A stretch of 64,000 nucleotides of DNA from a virus. Position numbers and translations under genes: made by a program. Below the pieces are notes generated by a model, which was not told the DNA's origin, searched no databases, and worked only from the letters and a program-made list of their open reading frames with translations. This document shows, in pieces, positions 1 to 9,580 of the stretch (within the stretch, counting starts at the first letter, position 1; each line of letters begins with the position of its first letter). Where the stretch lies: positions 1 to 64,000 of IMG/VR virus record IMGVR_UViG_3300006735_000025. One strand, given 5' to 3'.

Positions 1-576
1 CTTAAAGAATGGAAATACAAAGCTGATTTTTCAACACAAAAAGGGTCAGCGTTTCACGCCTTTGCTGAAAATTATTTATTTAATAAAGTATTTCCATTTC
101 CTGAAGAAGAAATGACTGAAGTTTTAGGTAGTACAGAAAACATGTTAGAGTGTAGAACGGCTGTAAAAAAGATTATAGAGTTGTTTAAGAAGTTTTATGA
201 CGATTCTTATGGTAAACTAATACCTGTTAGAGCCGAGGTCGTTGTTGGTGATAAAGAATTAGGTTTATGTGGTATGATTGACCAATTATTTTGGAATGAA
301 AAGTCTGGTAAGTTAGAAATATGGGATTGGAAAACTAACAAGAAAATAGATAATAAAAATAAATGGCAACAATTTAAAGACCCTATTGGTCATTTGGATG
401 TTTGTGAACTTAACACTTATTCATTGCAACTCTCTACCTACAAATATATTGTTGAGAAGAATACTAATCTTGAACTGGGTGATTCCTATATTGTTTGGGT
501 TAATGAAAAAAATGACAACTATAAGGTTTTTAAGTGTCATGATTTTAGAGATGAGGTTCTTAATATTTTAAAGTAG
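1..576 (+). CDS. PD-(D/E)XK (Cas4/RecB-like) exonuclease, 5' end outside the window
   Basis: Frame 1 is open from base 1 (LKEWKYKADFSTQKGSAFHAFAENY...), so the gene starts upstream of the ORF-track ATG at 112. Motifs: G-x-x-x-H, E (RAEVVV), GMID, DWKT, Y-x-L-Q-L-x-x-Y. Confidence 0.85.
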   Translation, partial: LKEWKYKADFSTQKGSAFHAFAENYLFNKVFPFPEEEMTEVLGSTENMLECRTAVKKIIELFKKFYDDSYGKLIPVRAEVVVGDKELGLCGMIDQLFWNEKSGKLEIWDWKTNKKIDNKNKWQQFKDPIGHLDVCELNTYSLQLSTYKYIVEKNTNLELGDSYIVWVNEKNDNYKVFKCHDFRDEVLNILK

Positions 577-1479
577 TGTAATTTCTTTTAGACCTACCAC
601 CCCTTTTAGTTCGGCAACATCTTTATCTTTAGGCATTTTTATAAGTCTTACTTTACCATTAAGTCTACCCCCATCCAATTTCCTATACAATTTTTGAGCG
701 TCATCCCAAGCATCACCATCTAAACAAATAATAACATTTGATTTGCATTTATCATAAAGTGTTGACCATAATTTATCAGATACTGTTTTTCCAAGAATGG
801 GTATGGAGTTTTCTAAAAATAACATATCAAAAACCCCCTCTACTAAATAAATGTCTTTATCCCAATCTATTTTAGATTCATTAAATATTATTTCTTCTTT
901 AGGAAATTCTGGATTCTTATATTTCATTTTATGGTTTATGTAAGAACGAGCCACAAAATAATTAATTTTATCATTTTCATCAAAAGAAGGTATTATTACC
1001 CTTCCTCGATAAACCCCTTGGGTTGTATACCCAATTGAGTGTTTTAACATTGTATCGTATGATATATTCCTCCTTAAAAGATAGTTTATAGCTTCTTTGT
1101 ATGGTATGGTTAATTTATTACCTTTTTCAAAAGATATGTAATCTTCTGGTAATTTAATTTTTTCATACTTTTTAGATTTTACTTTAAATTCTTCTGGACT
1201 AATTAAGTCCCATGTTTGTTTTTGTTTTTTGTTACCCCACTTCCAAAATAATTTATTTAAACGACCATGGGTGTTATGGGTTTCGGAACAAGACCAACAC
1301 TTATAAACACCTTTCATATAATTAACCTCCAAATTACCTTTACCATCACCACCATCCAAACCTTTCATATCTGAACAAACTGGACAGTCAAAAGATATTT
1401 GACCTTTATTATAATAATGGTTTTTAGGGTCACCTAAAATGTCTGTTAATAATTCTACTATAAGTTCTGATTCTTCCAT
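568..1479 (-). CDS. DNA primase (zinc finger + TOPRIM)
   Basis: CPVC...CWSC zinc-binding domain, GRVIIP, KYKNP, VEGVFD, and a TOPRIM DxD (LDGDA), with KD near the C-terminus. Confidence 0.92.
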   Translation of the reverse strand: MEESELIVELLTDILGDPKNHYYNKGQISFDCPVCSDMKGLDGGDGKGNLEVNYMKGVYKCWSCSETHNTHGRLNKLFWKWGNKKQKQTWDLISPEEFKVKSKKYEKIKLPEDYISFEKGNKLTIPYKEAINYLLRRNISYDTMLKHSIGYTTQGVYRGRVIIPSFDENDKINYFVARSYINHKMKYKNPEFPKEEIIFNESKIDWDKDIYLVEGVFDMLFLENSIPILGKTVSDKLWSTLYDKCKSNVIICLDGDAWDDAQKLYRKLDGGRLNGKVRLIKMPKDKDVAELKGVVGLKEITLL

Positions 1480-1485
1480 AATTTA

Positions 1486-1514
1486 AATTTAATAAAGAAT
1501 CTATAACTTATCAA
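1486..1514 (-). promoter_or_regulatory. Possible sigma70-like promoter for the primase gene (TTGATA-N17-TAAATT)
   Basis: Minus strand: TTGATA at 1514-1509, a 17-nt spacer, TAAATT at 1491-1486. The -10 box ends 6 nt before the ATG, which would imply a leaderless mRNA. The AT-rich context makes a chance match possible. Confidence 0.35.
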
Positions 1515-2117
1515 TTACCAAAGTTCGTTTTTTTTCATATAACCTAACACACAAGCATAAGCGTCGGTCATATCAAAATTTTCTTTTTTAAGTGTATTGT
1601 TTCTAGTGTAACTCCAAGATATATGTGGTTGTTGGTCTGATACTTTTTGCCAGATAATTTGTTTTTTATCACAACCTTTGTCATAACCACCAAATAAAAC
1701 TTTTTTACCTTTTTTGTTTTCAACAAATAAATCAGGAAAAGCAAATTTTCTAGAGTTATATGTTGATATTAATTCTGGTATAACACCTAACACATCATGA
1801 ATTGTTTTCATGATAAAAGCGTTATACCTCATTAAAACAGATACTGTAAAAATGTTATTGGAGTTTAATAGTGGTTCTTCTATGATTACCTTGGTGATTC
1901 CCACTCCTTTATATTTTTCAACAACTTCTTTGAATGAATCTGATTTTAATAATAATTGTTCAGTTTTAGATTCTGGTATTGGTTTTAACTTAGGTGAAAA
2001 ATGTGTTAGTTCCAACAATTCTTTACTAGCATAATCAAATAATGCCCAACCTATTGTTTTTGTAGATACGTCTAATCCTAGTACCTTTGGTGTGTTTTTT
2101 ACTTTTGTCATAGACAA
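1515..2117 (-). CDS. RuvC-like Holliday junction resolvase
   Basis: RNase H-fold acidic motifs: LGLDVSTKTIGWA, VIIEEP, and C-terminal DMTDAY. Confidence 0.8.
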   Translation of the reverse strand: MSMTKVKNTPKVLGLDVSTKTIGWALFDYASKELLELTHFSPKLKPIPESKTEQLLLKSDSFKEVVEKYKGVGITKVIIEEPLLNSNNIFTVSVLMRYNAFIMKTIHDVLGVIPELISTYNSRKFAFPDLFVENKKGKKVLFGGYDKGCDKKQIIWQKVSDQQPHISWSYTRNNTLKKENFDMTDAYACVLGYMKKNELW

Positions 2118-2122
2118 AATAT

Positions 2123-3343
2123 CTAGTATTTAAACTTCAAAGTAAAGGTTTGTGTAGTATTTGCTGCTTTTGCAATTGGTCTATCTGGTTTTGCTATAGC
2201 TAATAAATTGTCTTGTGAGTCATATAATCCAACTTCAGTAATATAAGAACTATAGTTTTGAGTTCCACCTGTTAAACTATATACCCCAGGGACCGGTGTT
2301 ATAGCACCACCCGCACCATTTTGTAATTCCGGTGAAGCGGTAACATTTTCGGTAACAAAAAATTCACCATTATTAGCTACACAATCCACACTTAACAACC
2401 ATTCTTTTTCAAATGTAAAAAATTCACATCTAGCTGATGTTGATGACGTAAACGTAACTTGTGTCATTCCTGTGTAAGAACCTTCACCTTGTGAACCGTA
2501 TGGGTATCCTGTGGCACCACTAGACGAACCAGAAAAGAAAAAACTACTTACAATATCTGGGTCAGTTATCACTAAAAACCCTTTATCTAAATAAGCTATA
2601 CCAACTGGTTTATCCCCACGTTCTGTTATATTAACTGGTGGTTTTCTAGTTGCGGCATTAATACTCATATTATAAAAAGAAGTATTTCCATTTTCATAAC
2701 CGACTGGTGGGTCTGATGGTTCAGTACCAGTAGTATAAGACCAAGTACTTGGGAATCCGTCTGCCCAGGTAGTACAACAGCTATTCGATGGTGTTGTGTA
2801 GTTTCCATCATTATTAGTAACACTATCTGTAAATAAAAAAGCTATATTAGTACTAGGTTTTCCAACATCAGCAGAAGTTGGGTTTAGAGAATGTCCAAAT
2901 CCAGCCGCATAAGTGTGGTTATCTGAAGACCAATTTGCTTCAGTAACATAACTACTATAAAGGTCAATAGTACCTCCAGAAGCTCCATTTGCTGTCGCCC
3001 CATTTGTATACCCTGTAGGTATCACTAAATGTATAGTTCTACCATCTATTAACTCACCGTAGGTATCTTTTGCTATTTTAACCACAATAGCCTCACTTTG
3101 GTTTAACCCACTAAAATAAGAGTTATTAGGTATAGAAGGCCAAGTATTTCCACTATTACTAGTTATTGGTAATTTAAAAGAACTGTATAGGTTTGAGAAT
3201 TGTCTTCCGTTATCTGGACTTCTTTGTATTGTTGTAAATGTAAGGTTACTACCACTAACTGTAGTGTAACCATTACCACTAAAAGGTACAACGTTATTTT
3301 CTATTTTTTTAGAACTTGTTGGTATTGTTTTTAATATAGGCAT
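2123..3343 (-). CDS. Virion structural protein carrying the C-terminal half of a tail-collar/fibre-attachment domain
   Basis: The C-terminus YITEVGLYDSQDNLLAIAKPDRPIAK matches the C-terminus of 6921..9542 (YITEIGLFD...LMAIAKLQSPV). S/T/G-rich. Confidence 0.65.
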   Translation of the reverse strand: MPILKTIPTSSKKIENNVVPFSGNGYTTVSGSNLTFTTIQRSPDNGRQFSNLYSSFKLPITSNSGNTWPSIPNNSYFSGLNQSEAIVVKIAKDTYGELIDGRTIHLVIPTGYTNGATANGASGGTIDLYSSYVTEANWSSDNHTYAAGFGHSLNPTSADVGKPSTNIAFLFTDSVTNNDGNYTTPSNSCCTTWADGFPSTWSYTTGTEPSDPPVGYENGNTSFYNMSINAATRKPPVNITERGDKPVGIAYLDKGFLVITDPDIVSSFFFSGSSSGATGYPYGSQGEGSYTGMTQVTFTSSTSARCEFFTFEKEWLLSVDCVANNGEFFVTENVTASPELQNGAGGAITPVPGVYSLTGGTQNYSSYITEVGLYDSQDNLLAIAKPDRPIAKAANTTQTFTLKFKY

Positions 3344-3345
3344 AA

Positions 3346-3753
3346 TTAAATAAATTTATCTACTTCTGGGTTAATGGTTTGAACATATTTAAGTGTGTCT
3401 CTACCGGTAAAGGTTAATCCTAAAACTGTTCCTGGGTGAAAAGAATTATTATTAGGACTATCTTTTTGATTTGTTTTAAAGTCTTGTGGTGAATTTAAAA
3501 TTTCTTCAGTTAGTACAAAAAATAATTTACTGTGTTTCATTATATTTGTTTCTAAAGAAGTATAGTTAGAACTTTGTTTCCAACACAACCTTTCTCCAGC
3601 ATAAGCACCCACATTTTTAACTTTAGGTAAATTTTTATCATCTTGATATTTAAAATTATTTACGTGTGTTAAAGCTACAGGTGTTGATGTACTATGTGTT
3701 AAGGGTGCTCCCTTAATAAAATTTTCGAATTGGTTATTACTGTTTAAAGACAT
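3346..3753 (-). CDS. Hypothetical protein (135 aa)
   Basis: ATG start, packed between neighbours with 2-7 nt gaps; no motif recognised. Confidence 0.6.
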   Translation of the reverse strand: MSLNSNNQFENFIKGAPLTHSTSTPVALTHVNNFKYQDDKNLPKVKNVGAYAGERLCWKQSSNYTSLETNIMKHSKLFFVLTEEILNSPQDFKTNQKDSPNNNSFHPGTVLGLTFTGRDTLKYVQTINPEVDKFI

Positions 3754-3760
3754 ATTAATT

Positions 3761-5857
3761 TTATTCTATAACTGTACCTCCGGCTAGAACTTTTCTAAAA
3801 ATTCTTTTACCACTAGTAGAGTTACCTGCTGTTGTAACATCTGTTGGGTCAGAAGTATAAGCGTTTATGGTTTCACCATTTTCACCGTAAAACCTTGGTT
3901 TTCTATCGTTGTAAGCACTAGCACCCTTAGGGATAGTTCTATCAAATATTCTCCAATAAGGAACATGTGGGTCACCAGACCCAAAATCACTATACCCTGA
4001 ATAACCAATACTTTGTTTTGCTGCACGTTTATTATAAACTAAAGTTACTCTACATGTAGCTGGTAAAGCTGCTTTATTATCATCTGAATAAAGTTTAAAC
4101 TCCATTGGTATTTTAATATTGAAGTCGTCCACCCCTTCCGCACTACCATCTGTACCTGTTTTGGAACTAAATTGTGTAACGTAGGTTGGGAATGAATTGT
4201 TACCGTTATTATAGTTGTCACCTACAGCTCTAAAGAAGTAATCCCCTTCAATCATCATCCTACTAAACCAATTATAATAGTGTTTACCATTTTTAACATC
4301 TTCAGCGTTTATTGTAAATAATTTTTCAACTGAAGGTACTGTTTCTGCACCAACACCAATTTTATTAGTACCAGTTGTACCATTAGTATATTCTAAGTTA
4401 GTACCTAACAAAGAGAACGTATCCATAGCGTGGTCGGTAAAAGTTGATTGATGGTATTGTGGAACCACACTATTCATACCTGTTTTTATCAACTCTTTTA
4501 TCTCATCAGCTCTATTACCTTTTATTGGGTAATAGAAGTTGGATAGGTTTTTAAGTGTGTTTGTGTTATCGTAGGATTGTTGATAAAGGTTTGAAACTTT
4601 ATTTATAGCCTCATCTGTTTCTTTATCCAATTTAGGGGCTAAAGGTGGTCTTGTTGTTGATAATTTTAATGTTGGTAGGACTGTTTTAACCATACCATAT
4701 GTAGCTTTTGACTCTGCATCCTGTTGGTCGAACCCTTTAACGTCCACACTTGTACCACCTTGTACACTAACAAAAGTATCTAATTCTGGTGCATTTTCAA
4801 ATTCAACTGGATGTACAAAACCTAAGAAATATTTTTTAGTATCATAATTAACTTTAGAAGAGTAGTTTGGGAAAACTGAAGGGTAGTATTTGTACCCGGA
4901 GTTTGTCCCCCAATTTACACCACCACCTAAAACTAAATAACCAAATTCTGTAGTTGTAAAACCAATACCAGCAGCACCAGAACCTGGTTTTTTTGTTTTT
5001 TCACCACTAGAAAAAGCCATTGTAAATGGTGATGTGGATAAACCTCTAGTGTTTCCATTTAAAGTTTGTAATCCTGTATCAAAAGTTTTTTGTACCGTAT
5101 CATAATTAACATTATTCACACTTCTTAATGAAAGTCTACCGGTTACCGCGGCAGCGTTATTCATATAAGTTTGGTCAGAAGATGTTATGTGTATTTTTTC
5201 TTCCACTAAACCAAGGTTAGGGTAGTTAACATTTACACAATCCCAAAAATCAATAAATTGACCTCTACCTCTATTTTGTATTATATTTAATGCTGTTTTT
5301 ATTGTTTGATTACTCCAAGTACCAGCAGCAACAGATGAAGTACTAGAAAATGAAGTTAAAAATGCTTTATTAAATTCTGTATATGTAGAACTACCACCAC
5401 CACCTAAACTTTCATATAGTAGTTTATGGTCTTCCGCGTAAATGTGTGATAATAATTTACATAAAGCATAGTAGTCATGCATGTATACCTCCACCTCAAC
5501 ATTTGAGTAGTAGGTTTTATTACCTGTTAAATCTTTGTCTATCCCAACTACCACCTGTACATCTTTATCACCGGTATCCACATCTGTTAGTGTTTGGTGT
5601 ATGTAAGATGAACATTTAAACCCATCATTTACTCCCGCAGCACAATCTACGTGGTTACCTGAAACGTCAGGAATTAACCCACCTTGTGATATAGCGGTAT
5701 GTCCGGTATTGATAGGTAATCTATAGTCGATATCAATATCGGATAAACTAAATTTACTTATTCTTGTTTTTAAATCCCCAGTCAACACGACGCCTCTACC
5801 GTAATTGGTAAGTTGTACGTCTAAATAGACCGAAGATGCTGATGATACAAATCCCAT
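3761..5857 (-). CDS. Virion structural protein with an N-terminal tail-collar-like motif
   Basis: The N-terminus MGFV...LTNYGR...ISKFSLSDIDIDY parallels 5919..6920 and 6921..9542. Confidence 0.6.
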   Translation of the reverse strand: MGFVSSASSVYLDVQLTNYGRGVVLTGDLKTRISKFSLSDIDIDYRLPINTGHTAISQGGLIPDVSGNHVDCAAGVNDGFKCSSYIHQTLTDVDTGDKDVQVVVGIDKDLTGNKTYYSNVEVEVYMHDYYALCKLLSHIYAEDHKLLYESLGGGGSSTYTEFNKAFLTSFSSTSSVAAGTWSNQTIKTALNIIQNRGRGQFIDFWDCVNVNYPNLGLVEEKIHITSSDQTYMNNAAAVTGRLSLRSVNNVNYDTVQKTFDTGLQTLNGNTRGLSTSPFTMAFSSGEKTKKPGSGAAGIGFTTTEFGYLVLGGGVNWGTNSGYKYYPSVFPNYSSKVNYDTKKYFLGFVHPVEFENAPELDTFVSVQGGTSVDVKGFDQQDAESKATYGMVKTVLPTLKLSTTRPPLAPKLDKETDEAINKVSNLYQQSYDNTNTLKNLSNFYYPIKGNRADEIKELIKTGMNSVVPQYHQSTFTDHAMDTFSLLGTNLEYTNGTTGTNKIGVGAETVPSVEKLFTINAEDVKNGKHYYNWFSRMMIEGDYFFRAVGDNYNNGNNSFPTYVTQFSSKTGTDGSAEGVDDFNIKIPMEFKLYSDDNKAALPATCRVTLVYNKRAAKQSIGYSGYSDFGSGDPHVPYWRIFDRTIPKGASAYNDRKPRFYGENGETINAYTSDPTDVTTAGNSTSGKRIFRKVLAGGTVIE

Positions 5858-5918
5858 AGTTTATATTCTTGTTATTATATAATTATTATAATTATTAGTT
5901 TTCATTAGTAAACAAATT

Positions 5919-6920
5919 TTAATACCCACCTCCACCTGTTGGTGTGTTGTTTCCACCACTACTTACACGTGTGGTTTCTATGTTATTATTTGTACTACTA
6001 GATGAAACATTAGTTTCTATTAAGCTCATTCCATTTTTAGTTTTACCCATTAATTTTTCACAAAGTTCTCTATTTCTCCTATTAAGTGTATAAACTTGTT
6101 TGTTGGCTGGACAAATAAAAGTTTGTGTTGGTTTTGGTTTTGGTACGTAACCTTCACATTTACAACCTAAATTTAACATCATACCCTTAAAATTATTTCT
6201 ATCAGAAACTGTCATTTGACCTCTTAACCCACTATTAGTTTCTAAAACTCCCTTTCTGTAACATTCAACAACCCAACAAAAATCATCACAATTTATCTCA
6301 CCCTCACCTGTAAAATCACCAACTTTATATTCGTCATCTTCAAAATATCTAGGATTTTTAACATAATTATACATCTGTGCGACATCTGTATATGTTGGGT
6401 ATCCTGGTTTTATAGTGCCTTTATCGTTAATGTCGTCCCTATATATACCAAATTGTGAACATTTACAACCATACTCATTTAAACCTAACTCTCTAACATC
6501 AAATTCTTTTTGGAAACAAGATTTTGATTCTAAATCTTCTTTTAAAGAATACCATAAATTACCGTTTCTTTTTGGGTTAAATGTGATAGTACTACCGTCG
6601 GTAGTTGGTCCATCTAACACAGACATATCACAAACTTCTATACCATTTCTACCCCGTATATCCGGATAGTTGTAAAAACAATCACCTGATAATGAGACCA
6701 TGTTTGGGTTTGTTGTTAGGGATTGTGAATAACAAGGACCATAAGTTTGTGTACTACTATCACCAGTAAATCTCCTATAATCCACGTCATTATCCCTTAG
6801 ACCAAACTTAACTATTTGTTCCATAAGACCACCACCAGCGTTACCTACTAATATAGATTTACCATAGTCCGTCAAATTCACCTCTAAGGTGTTAGTATTT
6901 GCTGTGGATATAAAACCCAT
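5919..6920 (-). CDS. Virion structural protein: N-terminal tail-collar-like motif, dockerin/EF-hand-like segment, C-terminal GGGGY
   Basis: MGFI...LTDYGK...IVKFGLRDNDVDY at the N-terminus; GDFTGEGEINCDDF loop; ends PTGGGGY. Confidence 0.6.
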   Translation of the reverse strand: MGFISTANTNTLEVNLTDYGKSILVGNAGGGLMEQIVKFGLRDNDVDYRRFTGDSSTQTYGPCYSQSLTTNPNMVSLSGDCFYNYPDIRGRNGIEVCDMSVLDGPTTDGSTITFNPKRNGNLWYSLKEDLESKSCFQKEFDVRELGLNEYGCKCSQFGIYRDDINDKGTIKPGYPTYTDVAQMYNYVKNPRYFEDDEYKVGDFTGEGEINCDDFCWVVECYRKGVLETNSGLRGQMTVSDRNNFKGMMLNLGCKCEGYVPKPKPTQTFICPANKQVYTLNRRNRELCEKLMGKTKNGMSLIETNVSSSSTNNNIETTRVSSGGNNTPTGGGGY

Positions 6921-9542
6921 TTAAAAATCTACTTTTATTACAAATTGTTGTGCGTTATCTCTTCTGACTGGACTCTGAAGTTTAGCGATAGCCATTAAAT
7001 CAGGGTTTCCGTCTTTATTATCAAATAAACCAATTTCAGTTATGTAAGTATAACTAGCATAAGCACTATTTTTATCATAATACTGTTGCCAAGTAGGGTT
7101 AAGAGAACTCCCTTTACCAACATTTCCAGCTCCAAACTGAGATGTTGATAGATTAACATTGTATTTCATTTCATATATAGTAGCCATTATATCACTTTCT
7201 AATAAACCATTAAAAAAGTATTCATCACCAAACTGTAAAGTTTCAGGTCCAGTTAAATTAGCTGCTCCGGTTGTTGTTGATGCAGACGGTATAGTTATAT
7301 AGTCATTTAATTGGTATGTTGTAGCTACCCTTTTAAGGTAATCTGTCAAATAAAACTTAGTGGATGCACTACTTAATTGACAACCACTAAACGGTACATT
7401 CGCGTTTGTGGCACCAGTACGAAAAGTACTATTAGTACCACCTATTTGATTTGTTACATCTACTTTTTTCCATAAATTAGGATTAGGGTCTTCTCCCGGA
7501 TTAGTAACTTGGAATAATAAATGTATTCTATTAGCTTGCCACCCTGTACCCCCGGACACATTAGCTGGACCACCTAAATCAAAAGGTTTTAAATATGGAA
7601 ATTCTTCTCCAAAGTCTATTTCTAAATCCACTGGGTCTGCGTTTGGTACATTAGTTACTGGTACATAATAATTACAATGTAGTCCAGTTGTGTACCCACT
7701 ATTACTTTCTAATAGATAAGTTAGGTAAAGTCCTTGGTCTACTTGTGGGTTATTAAATACACCAACCGTTGACGTTTCACCAGCACAATTTGTACCAGCT
7801 GGTATTTTTGTAACTCTAGGTGCTGGTAAAGTCCAATTTCTATTTGATTTGTACGACATAGCCGCTACTAACTCTTCATCGTGAATTGTAACCATTTTTA
7901 AATCTGGCCAAACTTTACCAACTGGATTAGGACCTACAGTTGTTTGTCCTAAATTAGTAGTTGATGGTCCAGCGTTATCATCGTATAAATAATAATATCT
8001 TAAACCGTCATCATTCATATTGTCATTAACAGAAGACTGCATAACATATGGTTTAGTTGGGAACACGTCAAATCCTGCAGGGTCAGTATAAAAACACTGT
8101 CCAAATTCAGTAGCTCCCATACAACCTTCTTGTTGACTACCAACGTATTTTTTATGCCACATTAAATTAGGCATACATATTCTAAAGTTTTTAGCTTTAC
8201 CAATATCACTTTTTACTAGTGCTGTATCTTCTTTTAAAGCAAATTTTTCACCATAAAAATTAGAAATAGTTTGATTGGTGTAGTGTAATACCGCGATGGC
8301 TTTTTGTCTACTTGGTTTTACAACTCTAGGATTTTTATAAGAATCATAGTACCAAGAAGAACTTTCCATTGTTGGGTCGTAAGTATCAGGAATAGTACCT
8401 GTATCTATTTGTCCTGTGTTACTGTGATAACCTAAGTATTCTTTGGTACCACAGTATCCAGAAGAACCATAATAATCTACTGTTTCAAAGCCTTCACCCA
8501 CACTTGAGTCTCTTACACCAGCTGGCGCTTCTGTCCAGTTTATATTCATATTCCAAATTTTAACATCTTTAACAGAAACATCACAATTATTTTCAAAAGA
8601 TAATGACCCTGGAGACCAATAAGGTACTGGTGTATCTGCACCGTACCAAGTTAACATTGGATTTGTTGATTGTGCTGAATAAGTTCCACCCGTAACATTA
8701 GGGAATACTTTTACACAAGCACCTACTAAAGTACCTGTTTTACCAGAGTATTGTTTTATATCTACCGCGTAGGCTCCAGTTGAAGCTGAATAATCCATAA
8801 AGTTTGGTAGTGCTCTGTCTAGAGTGTACCATAATGGTTTTGCTGTACTACCTGACCAAGATGAACCAGTTCTACCAGATGTACTATTTCCACCAACAAT
8901 TTGGTAAAAAAGTTGAGCTGAACCACCAGTACATGGTAAATCATGACAACTAGTTGTACCTGTAGACCCACTTTGGAAGAAGTACGTAACACCTAGAATA
9001 TCACCAACTACTGGTGTATATCCAGGTAATGTACCAGCAGAAAATGCTTGATCTTGGAATGTATTAGCAGATAAAAGTGTTATTCTACTACCACCAGTCA
9101 TTGCAGATAAAGGGAAAAAGAAATTAGAGTTTAATGTGTAAGCTGAACTTACCTCAGCTCCAAAATCACATGTAGTAGCTGTATTTCCACTATAAAATCC
9201 TCTTTGTGAAGCTCTATTAAACACCTCTTCATAACCATGTGCAGCTTGTGCAGCTCCAAATGTCTGATTACCAGATGTTCTAGTTAATGGTAATGGATAT
9301 TTAACATGTGCCTTATTTTTTTCAGGAACCGGGTTTAAATTCTGTGCGTTAAAGTTTGCTTGTTGTATATTAACACCATTAACGAGAGACGGCAATCTTC
9401 CATTACAGTCGTAACAATATTCACTATCACCAACTTGAAATAGTTCTATATTTAATTGTCCTTTTGATAACTTTTTTCTACCGGCATCTGTAAGTTTTAC
9501 AGATATTATTCCTTGTGTACTGTTTTTTAATATGTAACTCAT
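6921..9542 (-). CDS. Tail-collar/fibre-attachment-type structural protein (873 aa)
   Basis: N-terminal KLTDAGRKKLSKGQLNIELFQVGDSE and C-terminal ITEIGLFD...AIAKL are the two ends of a DUF3751-like tail-collar domain, enclosing a large S/T/G-rich insert. Confidence 0.65.
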   Translation of the reverse strand: MSYILKNSTQGIISVKLTDAGRKKLSKGQLNIELFQVGDSEYCYDCNGRLPSLVNGVNIQQANFNAQNLNPVPEKNKAHVKYPLPLTRTSGNQTFGAAQAAHGYEEVFNRASQRGFYSGNTATTCDFGAEVSSAYTLNSNFFFPLSAMTGGSRITLLSANTFQDQAFSAGTLPGYTPVVGDILGVTYFFQSGSTGTTSCHDLPCTGGSAQLFYQIVGGNSTSGRTGSSWSGSTAKPLWYTLDRALPNFMDYSASTGAYAVDIKQYSGKTGTLVGACVKVFPNVTGGTYSAQSTNPMLTWYGADTPVPYWSPGSLSFENNCDVSVKDVKIWNMNINWTEAPAGVRDSSVGEGFETVDYYGSSGYCGTKEYLGYHSNTGQIDTGTIPDTYDPTMESSSWYYDSYKNPRVVKPSRQKAIAVLHYTNQTISNFYGEKFALKEDTALVKSDIGKAKNFRICMPNLMWHKKYVGSQQEGCMGATEFGQCFYTDPAGFDVFPTKPYVMQSSVNDNMNDDGLRYYYLYDDNAGPSTTNLGQTTVGPNPVGKVWPDLKMVTIHDEELVAAMSYKSNRNWTLPAPRVTKIPAGTNCAGETSTVGVFNNPQVDQGLYLTYLLESNSGYTTGLHCNYYVPVTNVPNADPVDLEIDFGEEFPYLKPFDLGGPANVSGGTGWQANRIHLLFQVTNPGEDPNPNLWKKVDVTNQIGGTNSTFRTGATNANVPFSGCQLSSASTKFYLTDYLKRVATTYQLNDYITIPSASTTTGAANLTGPETLQFGDEYFFNGLLESDIMATIYEMKYNVNLSTSQFGAGNVGKGSSLNPTWQQYYDKNSAYASYTYITEIGLFDNKDGNPDLMAIAKLQSPVRRDNAQQFVIKVDF

Positions 9543-9558
9543 AATTTTTTTCTTTTAT

Positions 9559-9566
9559 TATAAATA
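9559..9566 (-). promoter_or_regulatory. TATTTATA motif (candidate late promoter element)
   Basis: Lies 16 nt upstream of the ATG at 9542; the same motif recurs upstream of many structural genes. Confidence 0.55.
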
Positions 9567-9580
9567 TTATTCATCATATT

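Noticed and set aside
1-576. Cas4 as evidence of a CRISPR-Cas locus
   Set aside because: There are no cas genes or array in the window and no Fe-S cysteine cluster in the visible part; stand-alone PD-(D/E)XK nucleases are common in phages.
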